Counted from the first letter of the stretch, positions 46,769 through 56,452 are shown. The stretch is DNA of 64,000 nucleotides from an uncultured Dehalococcoidia bacterium (GCA_951812505.1 CATOSI010000001.1:750012-814011); one strand, 5' to 3'. Notes: generated by a model not told the origin, from the sequence alone. A program made the numbers and translations.

Positions 46769-47566
46769 CTACACTACCAGATCGAAATGCGCGCTCCAGG
46801 AGCTGGCGAGCAGGTCGGAGACCCTGGTTTCGAGGGCTGCGCGGTGTCGTTCCTGGGGCGCTATGAAGTATGCCCTAGAACTTCCGCGGCGATAAAGCAG
46901 CGACCGGGGCAGGTTGGGCAGATCCAGGCTTGCCTTCAGGCTCTCGGCGACTTTCATCGTCTGCTCGACAGCCGTGCCTCGGCGTCCCAGGTGGTGATAG
47001 ACAATCAAGCTCTGGCCACGCTCGAAGAACGCGCGCAGGTCGTCAATGAACACGTACTTGGGGCCGGTCTTGCGCAGCGGGTCAATCGAGGCGGAGATGC
47101 CGTTGTCGGGATCGGACAGGCTGTTGTCGGGGTCAACGAACACCACATCGGCGCCGGCGGTCGCTTCAAGGGCGGCTTGGAACCAGTCGTCTCGAGCAAT
47201 CCGCCTGTCGGGCCGCGACATTCCCGCCGGAAACAACAGGCTCGGTTCATAGTAGGCCGTTTCGTCTGGAAGGATCCGGCTTCTCTGGACCGCGGCGATA
47301 TTGCGGCGGCCGGTTTCCACGAGGTGGCGCATCGTGTCGTAGAGATGGGGGTCACAAGCGCGATACCTGGCACGATTGGCGGGGATGTCGGTTAGGTAGC
47401 CGGTGTATTTGCCGTCCGCGTTGTGGGACTCGTCGGGGTAGAGATACCAGACGACGCCGAGGCGCGTCGTTTTGGCGGATGGCGGCGCTTCCTTCTGCCC
47501 CACCAGGTGGCGCAGGAGGCCATACTTTCCAAAGTCGCCTACGTCTCCAACGTATCTGTCCTGCAT
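46769..47566 (-). CDS. Conserved-looking hypothetical protein (N-terminal GDVGDFGKYGLLRHL motif, FVDPDN motif)
   Basis: 265-aa ORF with coding composition like its neighbours. It lies between miaA and tpiA. I cannot assign a family with confidence. Confidence 0.65.
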   Translation of the reverse strand: MQDRYVGDVGDFGKYGLLRHLVGQKEAPPSAKTTRLGVVWYLYPDESHNADGKYTGYLTDIPANRARYRACDPHLYDTMRHLVETGRRNIAAVQRSRILPDETAYYEPSLLFPAGMSRPDRRIARDDWFQAALEATAGADVVFVDPDNSLSDPDNGISASIDPLRKTGPKYVFIDDLRAFFERGQSLIVYHHLGRRGTAVEQTMKVAESLKASLDLPNLPRSLLYRRGSSRAYFIAPQERHRAALETRVSDLLASSWSAHFDLVV

Positions 47567-47580
47567 ACGGTCCGCTCCAG

Positions 47581-48336
47581 TTATCCAGCGACTTCGGCGG
47601 CGCGGGCGACTATGGCGGCGAAAGACTGAGCGTCGAGACTCGCACCGCCAACGAGGGCACCGTCAATGTCCGGTTCGCGGACGAAGTCCTGGACATTGTC
47701 GGCGTTTACACTGCCACCATAGAGGCAGGGAACCGAGTCGGCTATTGCTCCGAAATTGGACTTCAAGGCAAATCGGATCGTTCCCAGCATGTACTGAGCG
47801 ATCTGCGGGTTGGCGGCTTCACCTGTTCCTATCGCCCAGACAGGTTCGTAGGCGACCAGAATTCCGTCGACATCCTCAATCCCTGCGAGGGAATTGAGCA
47901 ATTGCGATCTTACGACCTCTTCCGCCCTACCCGCTCGACGATCTTCCAAGGACTCGCCAACGCAAAGAATCGGCTTCAGACCGGCGTTAAGAGACGCTAC
48001 TACCTTCCTTCCAATGAATTCGTCGGACTCACTGAACAATTGACGGCGTTCCGAGTGTCCCACGATGACGAAGTCGGCGACCTCGGCGATCATATCTGGC
48101 GACACCTCGCCAGTGAATGCACCGGAACTTTCGGGGTGAACGTCCTGAGCGCCAACCCGAATATGGGATCCAGACACTATCCGAGATACTCGATCCAGTG
48201 AGACATATGGGGGACATATAATTATATCTACTGAACCATCCACGACACGCATGTCCCTAATGCCATATGCCAATATCTCAGCAGAGGCGAGGGTCGTGTT
48301 CATCTTCCAGTTGCCAACTATTGTAGATGTTGTCAT
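47581..48336 (-). CDS. tpiA: Triosephosphate isomerase
   Basis: 251 aa. Motifs: GNWKMN, VGHSERR and AYEPVWAIGTG. Confidence 0.92.
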   Translation of the reverse strand: MTTSTIVGNWKMNTTLASAEILAYGIRDMRVVDGSVDIIICPPYVSLDRVSRIVSGSHIRVGAQDVHPESSGAFTGEVSPDMIAEVADFVIVGHSERRQLFSESDEFIGRKVVASLNAGLKPILCVGESLEDRRAGRAEEVVRSQLLNSLAGIEDVDGILVAYEPVWAIGTGEAANPQIAQYMLGTIRFALKSNFGAIADSVPCLYGGSVNADNVQDFVREPDIDGALVGGASLDAQSFAAIVARAAEVAG

Positions 48337-48376
48337 GTGGTTATATCTCTATATGTCTTTCCTTATAGTAGCGTGT

Positions 48377-49585
48377 TTATGCTCCGAATTTGTCTAGTTT
48401 GCCGGCGTGTGCCAGGAGAAGCAGGGGCAGTGACGTGGCGGGAAGGCTTCCCAGGTATCCGGTTCGACATTCGCGCTCATTGAATCCGGCGGTACCCAGT
48501 CCTTCATTTGTGTGCTGAGAATTTATCAGTAGTGGAACCGGGTGCCAACTATGCGCCGCCATGCTAGATGGTGTCGAATGATCACCGGCAATCGCAACGA
48601 CGTCGGCTCCGAGATCGAGCAGGCGCGGGACGCGCTTGTCCAGTTCTTCAAGTGTACTCACTTTTGCGTCGAAGTCTCCATCCTCCCCTGCCGCGTCCGC
48701 GGGCTTATAGTGGATGAAAAAAAAGTCGCGCTCATCAAAATGTTTGGACAGCGTGTCCAGTTCAGCGTCGAAATCGCCTCCGGTGGGGATGACATTCATC
48801 CCGAGCAGACTCGCTATGCCCCGATACATGGGGTAGGCGGCAATCGCGCCCGGGGAGAGGCTGTACCTTTCGCCGAATACGGGCCATTCGGGACGCTTGG
48901 AAAATCCGCGCATCAGTATCATATTGGCGGTATCGCGGCCTCCGAGGATATCGCGGGCTGCTTCGATGAACCGGGCTGCTTTCTTCGCTGTGCGAACAGC
49001 CGCGTCAGATTTGCCGACTGGTTCCAGAGGTTCAAAGCCGGTCCGCTGCGGATCGGTGTCTGCGACTTCCCCACTCAACCCTTCACCGCGTATTACCACG
49101 ACGAAGCGGTAGTCCTGCACCGGCTTTACGATAATCTCCACGCCCGGCACTGTGATTCTGGCCAGCTGCTCTACTAGCGGAGCGGACTCGGCAGTGGGTA
49201 TCCTCCCTGCCCTGCGGTCGGTGATGACTCCGTTCGCGTCGAGCGTGCAGAAGTTGCAGCGAACGGCGATGTCGTCGGGGCCGAGATCAACTCCGATTCC
49301 CAGTGCCTCGAGTACACCACGTCCTATAACGTACTTAAGCGGGTCGTATCCAAACAGAGCCAGGTGTCCGGGTCCGCTGCCGGGAGTTACTCCGGGGGCG
49401 ACCGGCGTGGTGACGCCACAGGCACTGCGCGAGGCAAGCGCGTCCAGATTCGGAGTGCGCGCTGTCTCTAGTTCGCTCTTGCCCGTATCCGGGTGAGGGA
49501 GTCCGCCGAGGCCGTCAACGACGAGGAGAACTATCCGCGAGTCGGTCTTGCGGCAGATTTCGCTCAAGAATGGAAAATCTATCAT
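48377..49585 (-). CDS. apgM: 2,3-bisphosphoglycerate-independent phosphoglycerate mutase, archaeal (ApgM) type
   Basis: 402 aa. Motifs: LLVVDGLGG, TPNLD and GDHSTP. Confidence 0.85.
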   Translation of the reverse strand: MIDFPFLSEICRKTDSRIVLLVVDGLGGLPHPDTGKSELETARTPNLDALASRSACGVTTPVAPGVTPGSGPGHLALFGYDPLKYVIGRGVLEALGIGVDLGPDDIAVRCNFCTLDANGVITDRRAGRIPTAESAPLVEQLARITVPGVEIIVKPVQDYRFVVVIRGEGLSGEVADTDPQRTGFEPLEPVGKSDAAVRTAKKAARFIEAARDILGGRDTANMILMRGFSKRPEWPVFGERYSLSPGAIAAYPMYRGIASLLGMNVIPTGGDFDAELDTLSKHFDERDFFFIHYKPADAAGEDGDFDAKVSTLEELDKRVPRLLDLGADVVAIAGDHSTPSSMAAHSWHPVPLLINSQHTNEGLGTAGFNERECRTGYLGSLPATSLPLLLLAHAGKLDKFGA

Positions 49586-49754
49586 TGCGGAGTTATCAGC
49601 CTTTGATTGTAAGTTATCAGTTCTCGCGAGAGCTCAGTACACGCTACTATATGGCAGGAAGTCGCTGACTTACGTAATCCCGCCTTCGGAGACTTTTGCG
49701 ATACCGTGTTCCTCTTCATCTTGGAGGTCTGGGTAGATGAGTAGATGGGCAAAT

Positions 49755-51110
49755 TCACAGCCGGGTGGACCGCCCATCCACCCCTGGATTCCCGCCTTCG
49801 CGGGAATGACGGTGGTTGTGCGAAGGTCTCCCTTCACGGGAATGACGGTAGTTATACAAAGTTCTCCTTTCGCGAGGATGGCGCGAAACTTCAACATCGG
49901 TGATTTTGGGGGAGCACGAATCGTCGAGAGCCGCTATGCCGGGCAGTTCCCTACCTTCCAGATATTCGAGGGCGGCGCCGCCGCCGGTTGAAACGTGTGA
50001 GAACGCGTTTTTCAATCCCAGTGACTGAACAACATCTGCTGTGGAGCCACCGCCGGTTACGGTAAAGGCATCATCAAGTGATGCGATTGTCCGGGCGACC
50101 CCGCGTGTACCGTAGGAGAACTGCTGCCACTCGAACACACCCATGGGCCCATTCCAGACCACAGTGCGGGCGTTTTCAAGTCTTTTCTGATACAAGCGCA
50201 CCGTACGTGGGCCTATATCCATGACAATGCGACCGCGTGGAATCGAGTCCACACAGATCGTGTCAGGCGCGGCAGACTCATCGAAGCTATCGCAGACAAC
50301 GATGTCACGCGGCAGCACGATTTCTACGCCATCGGCGCGGGTGCGGTCCAGCACTCGGAGAGCCAGTTCCACGTCGTCCAAATCTACGCCTGAATCGTAG
50401 CTGAGCTTGCCCTGAGCGCAGAGGAACGAAGCAGCCATTCCGCCGCCGATCAGGAAGACATCAGCAATATCGGCCAGGCGATCAATTACAGGAACCTTGT
50501 CTGAAACCTTCGCGCCCCCCATTACAATTACATACGGATGCTCCGGTGTGTGAATGACGCCGTCCAGCGCGCGTACCTCCGATTCGATGAGGAATCCGGC
50601 CGCCGAGGGCAGAAATTCCGTAACTCCGGCGGTTGAGGCATGACTCCTGTGCGCGACGCCGAAGCCGTCGTTGACGTAGAAGTCGGCTAGGCTAGCCAGC
50701 CTTAGGGCGAAGTCCCTGTCGTTACTCTCCTCGCCGATGTGAAATCGCAGGTTTTCCAGCATGACGATACGCCCGGGGCTCATGTCGGAGATGGCGGCCT
50801 CGGCTTCTACTCCAACGCAGTCAGACGCCAGCGCAATCGGACGCTGCATGATCTCCGAAAGGCGGAGAGCCACGGGGGTCAGGCTGTACCTGTCGTCCCG
50901 GCGACCGTGCGGCCTTCCGATGTGGGAGCACAGAATTACCCGACAGCCACGTTCGAGGAGATACTCTATGGTGGGAATTGATTCGACGATTCTGGAGTCA
51001 TCGGATATCTGCCCAGTGTCGCCAACGAACGTCACATTGTAGTCCACTCTGACGAGCGCCCTGTCACCGGGCGCTATGTCAAGGTCGCGGACGCTCCTCT
51101 TACGAAACAC
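49755..51110 (-). CDS. pgk: Phosphoglycerate kinase with a repeat-derived C-terminal extension of about 50 aa
   Basis: GTG start. The canonical Pgk sequence runs through ...STGGGAALEYLEGRELPGIAAL. It then continues ...RHSREGRPSHNHRHSREGGNPGVDG..., which is a translation of the tandem repeat modules at 49786-49883. Confidence 0.88.
   Translation of the reverse strand: MFRKRSVRDLDIAPGDRALVRVDYNVTFVGDTGQISDDSRIVESIPTIEYLLERGCRVILCSHIGRPHGRRDDRYSLTPVALRLSEIMQRPIALASDCVGVEAEAAISDMSPGRIVMLENLRFHIGEESNDRDFALRLASLADFYVNDGFGVAHRSHASTAGVTEFLPSAAGFLIESEVRALDGVIHTPEHPYVIVMGGAKVSDKVPVIDRLADIADVFLIGGGMAASFLCAQGKLSYDSGVDLDDVELALRVLDRTRADGVEIVLPRDIVVCDSFDESAAPDTICVDSIPRGRIVMDIGPRTVRLYQKRLENARTVVWNGPMGVFEWQQFSYGTRGVARTIASLDDAFTVTGGGSTADVVQSLGLKNAFSHVSTGGGAALEYLEGRELPGIAALDDSCSPKITDVEVSRHPRERRTLYNYRHSREGRPSHNHRHSREGGNPGVDGRSTRL
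49786..49883. repeat. Three tandem modules of about 37 nt from the family-1 repeat
   Basis: The modules are ggattcccgccttcgcgggaatgacgg, then tggttgtgcgaaggtctcccttcacgggaatgacgg, then tagttatacaaagttctcctttcgcgaggatggcg. Confidence 0.85.
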
Positions 51111-52114
51111 TATGCCTCTCCAGCCATGTATCGCAGAAGTTCGCAGAGATCGTCGGCACCCTGACCAGTGGGCAGAACGGACCGTACCAGATCCGTCGCT
51201 CGCGCGACGTGGGAATCAATCTCCCGTGCGGCATCGTTAGCCACACCCAGGCCCGAGATGATCTCCGACAGGTTCCTGGCGTCGGAGGGCTCCAGCACGC
51301 GCTTGAAGTAGTAGTCGCCCAGTCTCCTGCGCTCTGTGGGTGAAGCGACCTCGAACGCTCTAACCACAGGATAGAGCTTCTTCTTGTTCATGAAGTCTTC
51401 GGAGGGAGCAGCGTCGGCGCTGGTTGCGGAGGCAAGCTGCGCCATGTCCTCGGCGATCTGAACGGCGATCCCCACTTCGCGGCCGGCGTCGGCGAACGAC
51501 TCGCGTATCTCCGTACTGCCGCCCGCGACCAGAGCGCCGAATTCCATAGCACACGAATATACTGACCCCTCCTTCGCTCCCGCCATATCGAGGTATGCGT
51601 CGGAGGACATGTCGAGCCGCTCCTGCGCCTCCAGGTCCATAAAGCGGCCCTCGCAGGTTGCGAGGCTTGCCTTGTCGAGCAGCTTTACCGCTTCAAATAC
51701 CCTATCGGGACCGACACCTCGCTCACCCAGTCCGAGCAGAGCCAAACGCGCGAGGGCATGCATTCCATCGCCTGCATTGATAGCCTGCGCGGGACCCCAC
51801 TTCCACCAGACTGAATCCCGGTCATTCCGGGCAATCTTGCCCGCCTGAATATCGTCGTGTATCTCACAGAAGTTGTGCACGAGTTCGATGGCCGCCGCGG
51901 TCGGGAGGGCGGCTTCGAGGTCGTCGCCGAGCGCATCACAGGAAGCCAGGCACAGAGAGCCGAGCGGTCTCAATATCTGTGAAGATGTGGAGCCTGTCTC
52001 AGAATCCCAACCCAGGTGGTGTTCCATCATCGAATACAACGGAAGTCCACGATCTGAAACTATGCGCCTCAGCTCCGTCTCAACCAGCGAGCTGTAGCCG
52101 ACTATGCTTTCCAA
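51110..52114 (-). CDS. Polyprenyl synthetase-family protein with non-canonical Asp-rich motifs
   Basis: 334 aa. It shows the trans-IPPS fold pattern AAAIELVHNFCEIHDDIQAG...WG...INAGD. The second motif reads GIAVQIAEDMAQL instead of the usual xQxxDDxxD. Confidence 0.68.
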   Translation of the reverse strand: MESIVGYSSLVETELRRIVSDRGLPLYSMMEHHLGWDSETGSTSSQILRPLGSLCLASCDALGDDLEAALPTAAAIELVHNFCEIHDDIQAGKIARNDRDSVWWKWGPAQAINAGDGMHALARLALLGLGERGVGPDRVFEAVKLLDKASLATCEGRFMDLEAQERLDMSSDAYLDMAGAKEGSVYSCAMEFGALVAGGSTEIRESFADAGREVGIAVQIAEDMAQLASATSADAAPSEDFMNKKKLYPVVRAFEVASPTERRRLGDYYFKRVLEPSDARNLSEIISGLGVANDAAREIDSHVARATDLVRSVLPTGQGADDLCELLRYMAGEA

Positions 52115-52233
52115 TCCGCGACTCCTTCCGCAAGGAAGTCTGAGCCTTCACTCTCAGCTATTTGAGTGGCTGCTTAGTTGAGCCTGCGGCTCAGTTCCGC
52201 CCATCCTAGCTTGTATCCTACCTATAGTGGATT

Positions 52234-52869
52234 TTACACTTCCAGCGGTATGCCTGCCAATTTCTGAATGTGTGACGGGGATACAGCGCCCTCGCGCAGA
52301 ATACGGGGCGGGTTGGCAGTGACGTCAATTACGGTGGATGGCAAGGAGGGAGAAAGCACACCGCCGTCGAAGACGAGTTCGAGCCGTCCGCCGAGTTCCG
52401 CGACGACATCGGAGGCGGCAGTGAGCGGCGGTCTGCCACTCACGTTGGCGCTGGTAGCCGTGATCGGAGCGCCTAGCTCACGGACAATCTCCCTGGGGAT
52501 GGGATGGTCGGGGATACGAAGGCCGACGGTATCGAATCCACCGGATACCACAGAGGGTATCCGCTCGGACTTGCCAACGACGATTGTCAGCTTGCCGGGC
52601 CAGAACAGTTCAGCGAGCCGGACGGCGACGTCAGGCACATCGCGTCCGTAGCGGAAAATGTCGCTAGCCTCGCAGAGGAATATAGGCAGCGGACTAAACT
52701 CTTCGCGTCCCTTGACGGTAAACACTTTCGAGGCGGCGTCCGCATCCAGCGCATTGGCGGAGATTCCGTAGAGGGTGTCCGTCGGGAGGGCTATCACGCC
52801 CCCGCTTCGGAGAATCTCAACCGCCCGGATTGTGGATGTGGATAGAATATCGGGTACCTGCAATTGCAC
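52234..52869 (-). CDS. tsaC: L-threonylcarbamoyladenylate synthase (Sua5/YrdC/YwlC family)
   Basis: 211 aa. Motifs: GGVIALPTDTLYGISANA and TSANVSG. Confidence 0.88.
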   Translation of the reverse strand: MQLQVPDILSTSTIRAVEILRSGGVIALPTDTLYGISANALDADAASKVFTVKGREEFSPLPIFLCEASDIFRYGRDVPDVAVRLAELFWPGKLTIVVGKSERIPSVVSGGFDTVGLRIPDHPIPREIVRELGAPITATSANVSGRPPLTAASDVVAELGGRLELVFDGGVLSPSLPSTVIDVTANPPRILREGAVSPSHIQKLAGIPLEV

Positions 52870-53042
52870 GACTCGTAAATGCGACTAAAACCACGTTCAT
52901 CGGATGTAAATTGCTTGACCCAAATATAGCACATACGCTAGCCTGAGATCAGAGACTGCCCATGTCTTCAAGCCATTTTCGAGACTCAAATCAGCCTGCA
53001 TCCGCCGGTCGAAATCCGGTCGGATCGGCATACTCCAGAGGT

Positions 53043-54626
53043 ATGCAGTCGGAGGGCGTCACGACTCCTAAATCTGCAGATTCAGGACATCAAGAGACTA
53101 TCGTAGTCATTGATTTTGGATCTCAGTATTCAAGGCTGATCGCGAGACGGATCAGGGAATCCAGCGTGTACTGTGAGCTGATTCCCCACTCCGCACCGTG
53201 GGAGATGGTAGAGTCGCTCAATCCCAAGGGAGTCGTACTGTCGGGCGGCCCGGCGAGCGTGTATGAAAACGGCGCACCACTCGCGCCGGACTGGGTGTAT
53301 GAATCCGGTCTGCCGATTCTTGGCATCTGCTACGGAATGCAGGCGATGGTGCACCAGCTTGGCGGCAAGGTCGCGCCGGCCTCTCGGCGAGAGTATGGGT
53401 ATGCGGAACTGCTGCAAGACGAGCCCTCGGACGCGATCTTCGATGGCACGCCAGAATCCATGCAGGTTTGGATGAGCCATGGCGATCACATATCCGAACT
53501 CCCTCCAGGTTTCAGCACCCTGGCCCACACCGACAACTCTCCTATCGCGGCGCTGGGCGACGGCAACGGGAGACTTGGGATACAGTTCCACCCAGAAGTC
53601 GTGCATACGCCCAAGGGCAGGCAGTTAATCGAGAACTTCCTGTATAAGATTTGCGGATGTTCAGGGGCATGGACGCCGGGCAATTTCGTTGCCGAGACGG
53701 TCGAATCCATTCGGCGCCAAGTTGGGGATGGAAAAGTCATCTGCGCGCTTTCGGGCGGCGTTGACTCGGCGGTGGCAGCGACGCTGGTGCATCGAGCAAT
53801 CGGCGACCGGCTCACATGTATTTTCGTCAACAACGGCCTGATGCGTCACCAGGAACCTGAGCGAGTCCAGGAGACTTTCGAGAAGCACATGGCTATGAAT
53901 CTGAGCTATGTGGACGCCTCGGAACACTTCCTAGGGGCCCTGAGAGCCGTCACCGACCCGGAGAAGAAGAGGAGGATCATTGGGGAAGAGTTCATCAACG
54001 TGTTCGAGGGCGAGGCTTCGAGACTGGGGCGTGTTGACTTCCTAGCTCAAGGGACTCTGTATCCCGATGTGATCGAGAGCCAGGTCCCCGGCGACGACGT
54101 CTCGGCGAAGATCAAGACGCACCACAACGTGGGTGGACTCCCCGACCACATGAGGATGGAACTGGTCGAGCCACTGCGTTACCTCTTCAAGGACGAAGTC
54201 AGAGAAGTCGGCATGGAACTCGGACTGCCGCGCGAGATGATCTTCAGGCAGCCATTCCCAGGTCCGGGACTGGCAATCAGGATTATCGGCGAGATCACGC
54301 ACGAAAGCCTTGAAACGCTCCGGGAAGCCGACCGTATCCTCATGGAGGAGATCGAAGCGAACGGTCTATATGACGATCTGTGGCAGAGTTTCGCTGTGCT
54401 GACCAACTCGCGTTCGGTCGGAGTAACGGGGGACTTCAGAACGTATGGCAATGTGATTGCGATAAGGGCAGTTACCAGCGACGACGCGATGACCGCAGAC
54501 TGGGCACGCATTCCCTATGATGTTCTGGCGCGAGTCTCGAACCGTATCTGCAACGAAGCTCCGAACGTGAACCGCGTCGTGTATGACATCACCAGCAAGC
54601 CTCCCGGCACCATCGAGTGGGAGTAG
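53043..54626 (+). CDS. guaA: GMP synthase (glutamine-hydrolysing)
   Basis: It has a GATase domain ([16 protein letters not shown]), an ATP-PPase motif (SGGVDSAV) and the C-terminus PPGTIEWE. The start is uncertain: the track start is 52962 and the internal Met is at 53043. Confidence 0.92.
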   Translation: MQSEGVTTPKSADSGHQETIVVIDFGSQYSRLIARRIRESSVYCELIPHSAPWEMVESLNPKGVVLSGGPASVYENGAPLAPDWVYESGLPILGICYGMQAMVHQLGGKVAPASRREYGYAELLQDEPSDAIFDGTPESMQVWMSHGDHISELPPGFSTLAHTDNSPIAALGDGNGRLGIQFHPEVVHTPKGRQLIENFLYKICGCSGAWTPGNFVAETVESIRRQVGDGKVICALSGGVDSAVAATLVHRAIGDRLTCIFVNNGLMRHQEPERVQETFEKHMAMNLSYVDASEHFLGALRAVTDPEKKRRIIGEEFINVFEGEASRLGRVDFLAQGTLYPDVIESQVPGDDVSAKIKTHHNVGGLPDHMRMELVEPLRYLFKDEVREVGMELGLPREMIFRQPFPGPGLAIRIIGEITHESLETLREADRILMEEIEANGLYDDLWQSFAVLTNSRSVGVTGDFRTYGNVIAIRAVTSDDAMTADWARIPYDVLARVSNRICNEAPNVNRVVYDITSKPPGTIEWE

Positions 54627-54628
54627 GT

Positions 54629-55918
54629 ATGGGTCTTGCCAAGAACGTTCTGATCGTCGGCAACGGCGCGCGCGAGCACGCGATTGCGTGGAAGATAGCC
54701 TCCAGCCCGCACAAACCGCGAGTTCTGACTGCTCCGGGCAACGCGGGAACCGCACAACTGGGCACCAATTTCGACGTTTCCGCCGAGGATATAGAGGGGC
54801 TGGTGAAACTGGCCTGCGACGAATCAGTGGACCTGACGATCATCGGGCCCGAAGTTCCTCTCGCCACCGGGGTTGTGGACAGGTTCCGCGAAGGAGGTCT
54901 GCGCGTATTCGGACCGACGAAGTCGGCTGCGCGTATCGAGGCCAGCAAGTCTTTCGCCAAGGACGTGATGGCGGCGGCTAACGTGCCTACTGCCGAGGCA
55001 GAGGTATTCCAGAATGCCGCCGCCGCCATCGAATACATCGAGTCGGCGACACCGCCATTCGTCGTGAAGGCGGACGGCCTTGCGGCGGGCAAGGGCGTGA
55101 TAATGTCGGCGACGGCGGAGGAAGCGGTTGACGCGATAAACTCCATGTTTGTCAGCCAAGAGTTCGGCAGCGCAGGGGACACGGTACTGATAGAGGAGTG
55201 GCTGCAGGGTCAAGAGGTCAGTGTGTTCGCGTTCGTGGACGGCCCCTATGTATCGGAGATGACCGCGGCCTGCGATTACAAGCGTGCAAAGGACGGTGAT
55301 CTTGGTCTGAACACAGGAGGCATGGGCAGTTACAGTCCTCCTCGCTTCTGGGACGAGGAGCTCGACAAGAGAGTGCGCTCGGAGATCATGGAGCCAGTCG
55401 CAACCCACATGGCACAGCTTGGGTGCCCTTTCCAGGGTATCCTGTACGCGGGGCTTATGATAACCGAGGACGGACCCAAGGTGATCGAGTTCAATTGCCG
55501 CATGGGAGACCCGGAGGCGCAGGTTGTCATACCGCGTCTAAAGTCGGACCTGCTGGAGTTGGCCTGGCGCTCATCAGAGGGCAGCCTTGCGGGACTAGAA
55601 GTCGAGTGGTCGAGTGATTCATGGGTTGGCGTCGTGCTGGCGTCGGACGGTTATCCTGGGAAGTACGAGACTGGATTTGAAATTGACGGGCTACCCGACC
55701 AATCTGAAGAGTGTATTGTATTCCACGCCGGAACTGGATTAGTCGAAGTATTAGAATTAGACCAAAACGCTAAAATCTCGACTTCTGGCGGAAGAGTGAT
55801 GACGGTCTCTAGCCGTGGCGACTCAATAGCCGAGGCGAGACGTTCGGCATATGAAGTTGTGGATGGTGTGCAGTTCGGCAATGTATATTTCAGACGCGAC
55901 ATTGCGGCGGGTGTGTGA
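54629..55918 (+). CDS. purD: Phosphoribosylamine--glycine ligase
   Basis: The N-terminus reads NVLIVGNGAREHAIAWK, followed by an ATP-grasp body. The ATG at 54629 follows a GGAG RBS and lies just after the guaA stop. Confidence 0.92.
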   Translation: MGLAKNVLIVGNGAREHAIAWKIASSPHKPRVLTAPGNAGTAQLGTNFDVSAEDIEGLVKLACDESVDLTIIGPEVPLATGVVDRFREGGLRVFGPTKSAARIEASKSFAKDVMAAANVPTAEAEVFQNAAAAIEYIESATPPFVVKADGLAAGKGVIMSATAEEAVDAINSMFVSQEFGSAGDTVLIEEWLQGQEVSVFAFVDGPYVSEMTAACDYKRAKDGDLGLNTGGMGSYSPPRFWDEELDKRVRSEIMEPVATHMAQLGCPFQGILYAGLMITEDGPKVIEFNCRMGDPEAQVVIPRLKSDLLELAWRSSEGSLAGLEVEWSSDSWVGVVLASDGYPGKYETGFEIDGLPDQSEECIVFHAGTGLVEVLELDQNAKISTSGGRVMTVSSRGDSIAEARRSAYEVVDGVQFGNVYFRRDIAAGV

Positions 55919-55948
55919 AAAAGTGTCGGTTTCCGAGATGAGATGAAT

Positions 55949-55974
55949 GGATTCCCGCCTTCGCGGGAATGACG
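55949..55974. repeat. Family-1 palindromic repeat
   Basis: ggattcccgccttcgcgggaatgacg. Confidence 0.85.
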
Positions 55975-55993
55975 CGACAATAGAGGTTAAGAG

Positions 55994-56452
55994 ATGCCAC
56001 TTGTAGGTGTACTGATGGGCAGCAGTTCGGACCGCGGAGCAATGGAGCCAACGTCGGAAGTGCTGGAACAGCTTGGAATCAGCCATGAAGTCGAGGTGAT
56101 GTCGGCGCACCGCACACCTGACAGGGTACGAGAATACGGAATGTCCGCGAGAGACAGGGGCGTTGAAGTAATCATCGCGGGGGCAGGCGGTTCCGCGGGG
56201 CTTCCCGGCGTGCTGGCGTCTTGGACAACATTGCCTATTATTGGCGTGCCGATACCGTCCAGCGACCTCGAAGGTATTGACGCGCTCTACGCAATCGCGC
56301 AGATGCCGCCAGGAATTCCGGTGGCATGTGTCGCGGTGGGATCGTGGGGGGCGAGGAACGCGGCGTTCCTAGCGGCGCAGATACTTGGGGGGAAGCACGA
56401 AGAGGTGCGGAAGGCATACGACAACTATCGGGAAGGGCTGAGAAATCGGTAA
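55994..56452 (+). CDS. purE: N5-carboxyaminoimidazole ribonucleotide mutase / AIR carboxylase catalytic subunit
   Basis: 152 aa. Motifs: GVLMGSSSD, SAHRTP and IIAGAGGSAGLPG. Confidence 0.9.
   Translation: MPLVGVLMGSSSDRGAMEPTSEVLEQLGISHEVEVMSAHRTPDRVREYGMSARDRGVEVIIAGAGGSAGLPGVLASWTTLPIIGVPIPSSDLEGIDALYAIAQMPPGIPVACVAVGSWGARNAAFLAAQILGGKHEEVRKAYDNYREGLRNR

Noticed and set aside
49670-49991. Small ORFs rich in IPAFAGMT / SREGGNP / FPRKRESS peptides. Examples are 49670..49897, 49737..49991, 55651..55980, 43887..44078 and 59822..60067.
   Set aside because: They are translations of the palindromic repeat units in different frames. The same peptides recur wherever the repeat occurs.
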